NCBI GenBank assembly: GCA_951406725.2
Contig: OX597825.1
Span: forward strand, 18,724,001 to 18,788,000
Source: Octopus vulgaris
Lineage: Eukaryota
Direction: 5' to 3'
DNA: 64,000 bases
In this document: one piece after another, positions 56,280 to 64,000 of the stretch
Layout: each line of letters starts with the position of its first letter
How positions within the stretch are numbered: position 1 is the first letter of the stretch
Program-made: the position numbers and the translations under genes
The notes under the pieces: model-generated
Told to the model about the DNA's origin: nothing
Database searches by the model: none
What the model saw: only the letters and a program-made list of their open reading frames with translations

Positions 56280-56580
56280 TGGTGGTGGTAAGCGTCGAGC
56301 TGGTAGAACCGTTATCACATATGGCGAAATGTTTAGCGGCATTGCGTCCGTCTTTACGTTCTGAGTTCAAATTCCGGCGGGGTCATCTTAGTATTTCATC
56401 GTTTCGGGGCCGAGTACTACTATCGATGTGATCACCTTACCCCTCAAATCGAGTTTGCCTTTCATCCTTTTGATATCGGTGACATAAGTACAAGTTGACC
56501 ATTGGTGCCGATGTCCTCAACTAGCCCCCTCACCAAAAATTTCAGACCTTGTACCTATAGTGCAAATGGTTATTGTTATT
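56280..56580 (+). mobile_element. SINE family B (tail type 2) with a duplicated core, following (GGT)n
   Basis: GAGCTGGTAGAACCGTTA head, TTCTGAGTTCAAATTCC, two TTTCATC(G/C)TTT cores. Confidence 0.75.
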
Positions 56581-56993
56581 ATTCTATGGCTACGTTTCAT
56601 CATAATATTAAAAAAGAAATTCTGATGAAAGATTGCTGCAAAATGCAATTAATTTATAGAAAGCAGAGTATTTGATTTCTCGTGGTTTTACTTAAAAAGA
56701 CTGAAATATATTCTCAACCAAATTAAATTTTATATGGTTTCGGATAATTTTGAATTATGATTTAAATAACTCGTTTCATTCAGTTGTATGAAATGTTTTT
56801 ATTTGCACAGCATGAATTTAGCTATTTTACTCAGAAATATGCTTTTATAGGTTTATTAATCAATGATACGTATAAATATCTATCTATCTGCATCTATCTT
56901 TCAATCTAATCTATCTATCTATTTATCTATCTATCAAATCTATTTCTCTATCTATGTATATATTTATCTATCTACCTCTTTCTATATATATAT

Positions 56994-57082
<89 letters not shown>

Positions 57083-57285
57083 CTATCTACTCTCGCCTCG
57101 CTATTTCTCTCTCTCTCTCTCCCTCTCTCTCTCTATCTATCTAATTATCCTTCTCGGTCTCTCACTTTTTCGCAATTTATGTGTGTATGTGAGTGTGCGT
57201 GTGTGAGTGTGTGTGCACAAGTATAGATGTTTATACATAGGCGTGTGTGTGTATGTGTCCGTACAATAAACTACACAGGTATGTA

Positions 57286-57356
57286 TACTCTTACTCTTTT
57301 TACTCTTTTACTTGTTTCAGTCATTTGACTGCGGCCATGCTGGAGCACCGCCTTTA
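57286..57356 (-). mobile_element. SINE family A 3' terminal fragment
   Basis: TACTCTTTTACTTGTTTCAGTCATTTGACTGCGGCCATGCTGGAGCACCGCC. Confidence 0.85.
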
Positions 57357-58248
57357 ATGATGAGGATAAATATATATATGCGCGCGTGTGTGTATATGTC
57401 CGTGCGCGATACGAAGATATATATATATATACGCACACAGAGATTCACTCGCACATATATGTGTGCATAGATGTATATTGTATGTTGGAGGCGGGGCTAA
57501 CTGAATGAGAAGGGAGAGAGAGAGAGTGAGAGAGAGAGCGAGAGCGGAAAATGGTAAAATCCAATCCATAATAAGAGAAATAACGTGACAAAGAAAATAT
57601 TCATGCATGGATCTGGCTACCTCGGTAGCTGGTCATTCTTACTCAACTAGAAACATCGCATCAGGATTAGTAAAGCAAACACTTTAGGTTTACTGAGCAG
57701 GAAGGAAGGTACTTTGACAGCCTGTCTCTATTAGCAATCAAAGGAGTGGCAAAGTATGAAAATTTCAAAGCATATACTTCGAAAATAGTGACAGAATTTC
57801 ATCTTGAATAAAATTTAGAATAATATATTTGCGGTTATATTTCGTTTGTAAGCTATTCATTTACGCCATGTGAAATGAACACATGGGAAGCTGGGAAATT
57901 GATCCGAATATCAGTGAAAATAACAGCCATCTGAAAATAACGCATCTCGAAGGAGATATACGGTATGAATAACGTATATGTAAGGGAATTATCATAATAT
58001 TTCCGGTATTGATAAGCATTAAATATGACAGAATATTAAATCCTGTATTGATATTACTATTTCCATGTAAGAAAGAGGTTAGTCATAACTGTTACTAATT
58101 TAGCCAAATCGCCAGCGATTTTGAGGGCAGGACGTATTCGGTCTTAATGTCTGTCGTGCGTAGAATATTTACAGATTTTTCGTACACACACTCAGACACA
58201 CATAAGTGCACGCACAATAACCCACAAACACATGAAAACACACACACA

Positions 58249-58319
58249 TAGATAGATAGAGATAGATAGATAGGTAGATAGAGATAGAGAGAGAGAGAGG
58301 TAGAGAGATAGAGAGAGAG

Positions 58320-58381
<62 letters not shown>

Positions 58382-58382
58382 G

Positions 58383-58456
<74 letters not shown>
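58249..58456 (+). repeat. (GATA)n/(GA)n microsatellite
   Basis: Directly visible. Confidence 0.95.
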
Positions 58457-59599
58457 TACATATTCAGACATATTATCCATACATACATACATCGTCCCGG
58501 TACTTGGCAGATCCTTTATGAAATTCAAAATTTACTTCCGTGGGATTAGAACCGAAGCTTAAAAATCTGGAAGCCCTATGCATTGTTGCCAATCTACTGT
58601 CTTGTTTCTGTATTTACTTCTAACACTGTCAGTTTCTGTAAGTCATAGGAAGAAGCAATGTTGTATCCTCTGCACGTTAACAATTTTTGTTGACAATGTT
58701 CATCATGGTACATGTTACCGTCGTTAATAATTAACATCTTCACAAACAGCAAAATGAAAGCTTCAAAAATGATCCTTGCTAGAAAAAACTTGATTTTAGT
58801 TCTGTACAATCGAGGTTAAAAACCAACATAATGTCGGTTGAAAGATCACGTGGAAATCGACCCCTTTGTTAAATTATCTTCTGAAACGATCTTCGTATCT
58901 GGAATTGATAGAAAATTTACTAGTTATTTATTTTATTTTCCTATCACAGTTGCACTCTAATAAAAAGTATAAACTACGGTACTATTTTAAAGTTAGACAT
59001 GTCACATAATATCATGTATGTTTTTCTCCTCACTAACACCGACTAAAATAGCAACAATAATAACAAGAACACCAATAGTAAAACTATAACAAAGAAGCAG
59101 ATACATGCGAAGCAAATCGGCTTAAATGCATAAGTAAGATGTTTACATGAAACCAATCAAAAAGTAAGATGTTATACGCGCATACAGAGGTGAGACTGAG
59201 AAATGCTCAAAAAAGAAAAGAAAAAGTGATCCGAAAGGATATGAATAACATTTTTTAATCTTCAATGGCGACTAAAGTTCTTGCTGCTTTTTTTCTTATA
59301 TCATGTAAGATTTAAAAACATATTCAGTACGTATATTTTATTGTTTACTAACATCAATAAAACGACGCAAATCATTGGAGGGTGTGGATCTTAGTTCTCG
59401 TATTCTTGTCCTGTTTATGAATAAAACTGACGTCGACAATTTAAAGTTAGATAGATGAGAAACGTATGTCTGTATGTACATTCATTTTGACGCGCCCCCA
59501 CCAAAAATCAAACACACCCTATATATATATATATATATTCTGTAAGTGAGATGGAATATACAAGTGAAGAAATATACAAATGAGAGACCTATTTTCAAC

Positions 59600-59935
59600 T
59601 GGCTCAGTGGTTAGAGCGTCGAGCTTACGATCGTGAGGTTGTGAGCTCGAATCCCGGACCGGGCTGCGTGTTGTGTTCTTGAGCAAAGCACTTTATTTCA
59701 CGTTGCTCCAGTTCACTCAGCTGTAGAAATGAGTTGCGACGTCACTGGTGCCAAGCTGTATCGACCTTTGTCTTTCCCTTGGATAACACTGGTGGCGTGG
59801 AGAGGGGAGGCCGGTATGCATGGGCGACTGCTGGTCTTCCATAAACAACCTTGCCCGGACTTGTGTCTAGGAGGGTAACTTTCTAGGTGCAATCCCATGG
59901 TCATTCATGACCGAAGGGGGTCTTTACCCCTTTTA
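59600..59935 (+). mobile_element. SINE family C (tRNA head, CORE-like body, tail), young
   Basis: A-box TGGCTCAGTGG, B-box GAGCTCGAATCCC, TGTGTTCTTGAGCAAAGCACTT body, tail hairpin GGTCAT-TC-ATGACC. Confidence 0.9.
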
Positions 59936-59991
59936 CTGAAGATACGTTTACAGCCCAAGTTTGGCTTATATTAAATTTCTGTATATATATA

Positions 59992-61465
59992 CAGCCTTGG
60001 CCAAAATTAAGTAGCAGGTATGAAAAAATACAGAATATGATTGAAACCCATATTCTAATTAGCTTTTTGAAAATATTTTTGCACCTTCCCTCTTGTACCT
60101 AAGTGTCACCACAAATGAAACCAGTACAATAAACATGCTAGATTCTATCCCATCAATAATTAGTGTTTGATGTGTCCTATTTTTGCTTTTATATCCCCTT
60201 TTATGCGATTTTCATACTTGAGACTACGTTGATGAATGTGGCTTGGTCAATGTTCTATCGTTATTTCTTATTCTTTCGTTGAATATATTATTGATAACTT
60301 ATCAGTGGTTAATAGTTCTTGTAAATATCTCCAAAATAATAGATTCCTAAGACACAAAGGTCTCAAATCTTTGCATTATCAAGTGAAGGATTCTCCCAAG
60401 TTGAAATTGCAAAAAGTTGAAATGCTCAAGAAAAGCTGTCCGTCAACAAGTACAATGAGACAAATTCTTTCAAAATTTGTAAAGGACGAGGTTGCAAAAA
60501 GTGTACAACCACAAGGGAAGACAGGTTGCAGCAGACATCTCTTGCGTATCAAAAATACCTCTTTTGACGTAGCTACTAAGTTTCGGGTTGCAACCAACAA
60601 GGATATATCAACTCACACATTGAGAAGATTATTAGAAGCTGGGCATAAAGGATGTAGGAAGTCGTTTCTGCCTGAGGTAAACATGAATAAGCGATTGGAC
60701 AAAAGATTATGGAGAATTGAACTGGCGATCATTGGCCTAAAGTTGTTTAATCTCATGAAAGTAACTTTGATGTAGGGTCTCTACATTTTTCAGATCTTTG
60801 GAACCACTGGAGCTGTTAATGTTCACCATAGAGTTGGAGAGGCTTGTCGTCCTGGATGTGTGGTCCCAGCAGTGAAATTTATATGGGGAAGAGTAATTTT
60901 GGGGTGCTGCATGTCGTCTTCAGGCCCAGGAATGTTGTTCACTTCCGAGGACAGAATGAATTCCAAAACTTACACCAGCATGTTAGATCAAGATTATCAA
61001 TCTTCCTTAGCTAAAATTTTCTCTGATAACATGCCAGGTGGCATAATAATTCAACGGGCCATTGCTCCATGTCACACATCCAGAAACTCATTGGCTTGGT
61101 GAGGAGAAATGGATGAGGGTAATGAACTGGCCCCTTCAGTCTCCAGACCTCAATCTCATTGAACATTTCTGGTGACACTTAGGTACAAGAATGAGGGTCC
61201 AAAAATGTTCTTCAACAAGCGAATTAGAAGCCAAAATTCAGGAACAGTGGCAGACAATCGGCGCGGTCACTTGCGCCAACTTTGTCTGAAGTATGCAAAA
61301 ACTTATAAAAGAGGTTATAAAAACAAAAGGAGGACGCATCAAATGCTAATTGTTGGTGAGATAGACTCTGTAATGTTTATTATATTGTTTTCAATCATTA
61401 AGTAAATGAGTTTCAATCATATTCTCTATTTTATCATACCTGTTCCATAATTTTGACAAACGCTG
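59992..61465 (+). mobile_element. full-length defective Tc1-family DNA transposon (about 1.47 kb)
   Basis: ~60-bp imperfect TIRs (CAGCCTTGGCCAAAATT... and ...AATTTTGACAAACGCTG), TA on both sides. Confidence 0.92.
60400..61350 (+). pseudogene. Tc1-like DDE transposase pseudogene
   Basis: Frameshifted motifs: TLRRLLEAG (HTH), SHESNF (for SDESKF), VVPAVKF..G, QRAIAPCHTS (for QDNAPCH), WPLQSPDLNLIEHFW, SMQKLIKEVIKTKGG. Confidence 0.9.
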
Positions 61466-62196
61466 TATGCACATACACACACATATATATTACTTGTCTT
61501 TTACGTTCCATTTGGCGCAATAAATTGCCTATGTCCATCGAATACATAAGAATTCATTGGCTAATATTCTAGATGAACCTGAAGGTAATAAAACATTAGT
61601 TGATAAAACAAATTTCCTCTTATAATGGAAACGTTTTCAAACAGCGAAATACAAGACAAAATATATCAAAATACATGTATAAATTTATAAACAATGCCTG
61701 CAAACATAACCAAACAATTTCTTGATTATTTCAACGTTATGTAACAATTGCGTTATTGTTTAGAGGTCTACAACAATTTACTCACTGTTTCATAGCATTT
61801 CTGATGTCTAGAATAACAAGTGAGGGAAACAGTAAATATATATTTATTTAAATGGTCTCATTTCTCAACGGAGTTTACTTCTTAAAGAGATTCGTTTCGA
61901 CGAGATTACTACTCACACATATACATGTATTCACACATACTTCAGTAAAGAAAACTACTCAATTAAAGAAATATAAAATTTATTCGTTTTTGTCTCGTGA
62001 GAGTTTTTCGCGTGTGCGTTTTTGTGTTTTTTTTTCTATTTCCTTTTAGTTTTATCGCATAAATCATTACACATGGCGAGAAATTCTGAATTGCGACGTA
62101 TTGGATAATTCGCCGAATGTCCACACATGTAGATACATATATGCATAGCACAGACACACACAGACACACACAAACAAGCGCGCGCACACACACACA

Positions 62197-63130
62197 GAGG
62201 ATATTCCACTTCGGGGGAAGGGCGCAAAATACATATATATTAGGAACTGGATATTGCCACAAAGTACCCGGTGAACGAGAGAGACAATAAGCTTTTGTAA
62301 TCCCATGTGTAATCGCTTGTGTAAGCTATGCCATGTCTATGTGGAAGACGTCACGCATGTGTAAGCTATGCCATGTCTCTGTGGAAGATGTCACGCATGT
62401 GTAAGGTATGCCATGTCTCTGTGGAAGACGTCACGCATGTGTAAGCTATGCCATGTTTCTGTGGAAGACGTCACGCATGTGATTAGCAGCTGTGCGAAAA
62501 TGTCGTCACGCTACTACCTCCCTATGTTGCACGATGTTGTTGCTAAAACAATTTACAATGACATACGGAAAAATGACTGTCCTGAAATAAACATAGAAAA
62601 CCCACTGCTATATAATACTTTCATGAGTACCAATTCAAGGCAAACTGGTGCATTATTTCCGTCAAAATGTCTGTCAAGTGTAAACATAACAGGCCGGATA
62701 TTGTTGTTTAGGACAAAGGGGCAAAAGTATGAACCATCACGGAGAACAGCTGCCCTACAGATATATATATATCTTTGAAAATCAAAGAAAATGAGGATAT
62801 CTATGGACAACTGCTTCAAAAACTAAATCACAACTATCAATTCATATACATACCAATAACAATTGGAGCAGTAAGTATTGTTAGTAAATGCTATTGTTAG
62901 TAAAGGAGAATCTGGATAAACTGGAATTTTCAGAAAGAGAAATCGACCGACTTATTCGCACATTACAAGTGCAATCTATGAGTGGAACAATAAGATTACG
63001 CAAGACTTTTCTCAAGTTCCAAATGTGAATTTCTCTGTGTTAACTACATCCCAAACCTGGAGCCTTGTATCTTTGTCGGAAACTGGTTTCCGCCTCGGTA
63101 GAAGATTTATAATAATTAAGAAATAGAATA
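62197..63130 (+). mobile_element. REL-endonuclease non-LTR retrotransposon 3' part (R4/Dong/NeSL-like), degenerate
   Basis: Peptides ELDIATKY, CKLCHVSVEDVTHVISSC (CCHC), YLPMLHDVVAK, KCKHNRPDIVV, ENSCP, IPITIGA and KTFLKF* in REL domain order. Confidence 0.85.
62319..62481 (+). repeat. 4 x 40-bp tandem repeat of the zinc-knuckle coding segment
   Basis: GTAAGCTATGCCATGTCT(A/C)TGTGGAAGACGTCACGCATGT at 62321, 62361, 62401 and 62441. Confidence 0.95.
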
Positions 63131-63316
63131 GATATTCATACATACGTACATACATACATATATGCATACATATATGCATGCTTGCATGCGTATATACATG
63201 TATGCATACATAAATAACTACATACATGCATGCATACATAAATAATTACAGGCATACATACATATATACATATAAACACGCAGATATACAAACATACATA
63301 TACATTTACACTAAGA

Positions 63317-63550
63317 ACAATTGGAAAGCTTGGTTTTGTAAGTAAATGCCTGGGTAAGCTTGGATTTTCAGAGAAAGAAATCACCCATCCTAGTTGCACG
63401 TTACAAATATAATTTATAAGCGGAATAGGAAAATTATACAAGATTTTTACCGGGTTTAAAATGTGATATTGCCTTTGGTATCTTCATTCCAAAGATGGAC
63501 CTTTGTATCTTTGTGAGAAACGAGCTCCTTCCTCAGTGGAATAATTTAAA
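63317..63550 (+). mobile_element. second, diverged 3' end of the same REL-LINE family
   Basis: ACAATTGGA..., TTTTCAGAGAAAGAAATC, AAATGTGA stop and CTTTGTATCTTTGT parallel 62859-63110. Confidence 0.75.
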
Positions 63551-64000
63551 TGGCTTAATGCAGGAGAGACACAAACATATATAACAAAAAGAAAATGGAG
63601 GGGATACAAAAATGACATACATCAGCCGGTAGACATTCTATTATGTCTATTCCAAATAAGAAGGCAGTATTATAATAATACATAGACATGCCAAAACTGT
63701 GTGCTACACATAATATATACCCTTAATACGTAAAAGAGTAAAATATTATAAGATCAGTTCCTGAGAATTTTCAAAGATTACTTGCGCTCAGGTGAGGAAC
63801 GAACTACCTGCAAAGCTAACATGGTAGAATATGTATGGAGAACGTATTGACATTGATTATGAATATCACTAATAAGGTTGAGAAAATATTTCACAATGCC
63901 TGATTGAGCTAATTAAAAAGACGATATATTAAATATGTAATAGAAAATGAATTAATAACATTCGATTACCTGATATTAGCTTTACTAATCAAATAAGAAA

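Overview
AT-rich, repeat-saturated non-coding eukaryotic DNA. The SINE families and dense (TA)/(CA)/(TACA)/(GATA) microsatellites look like octopus (coleoid cephalopod) intronic or intergenic sequence; this is inferred by recognition, not by a search. No intact host gene is evident, and almost all listed ORFs are microsatellite or SINE read-throughs. Contents: several dozen copies or fragments of at least four modular tRNA-derived SINE types, a fresh 5'-truncated Tx1/L1-like LINE inside a (TATC)n tract, two REL-endonuclease (R4/Dong-like) LINE 3' ends, RTE and Penelope remnants, a full-length dead Tc1 element, a mariner fragment, a Tc1-type MITE and a non-autonomous Helitron. Three observations stand out. 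(1) The last ~50 nt of the (TATC)n-embedded LINE match the tail and stem-loop of one SINE subfamily that occurs as head-to-tail multimers, suggesting a LINE-SINE partnership. (2) Several degenerate hammerhead-ribozyme motifs lie in short, mostly (TA)n-anchored Penelope-like repeats, two of them from one family with different long stem II hairpins. (3) SINE head and tail modules are shuffled, and near-perfect inverted repeats could form dsRNA. Coordinates were counted by hand, and the ends of degenerate repeats are approximate.
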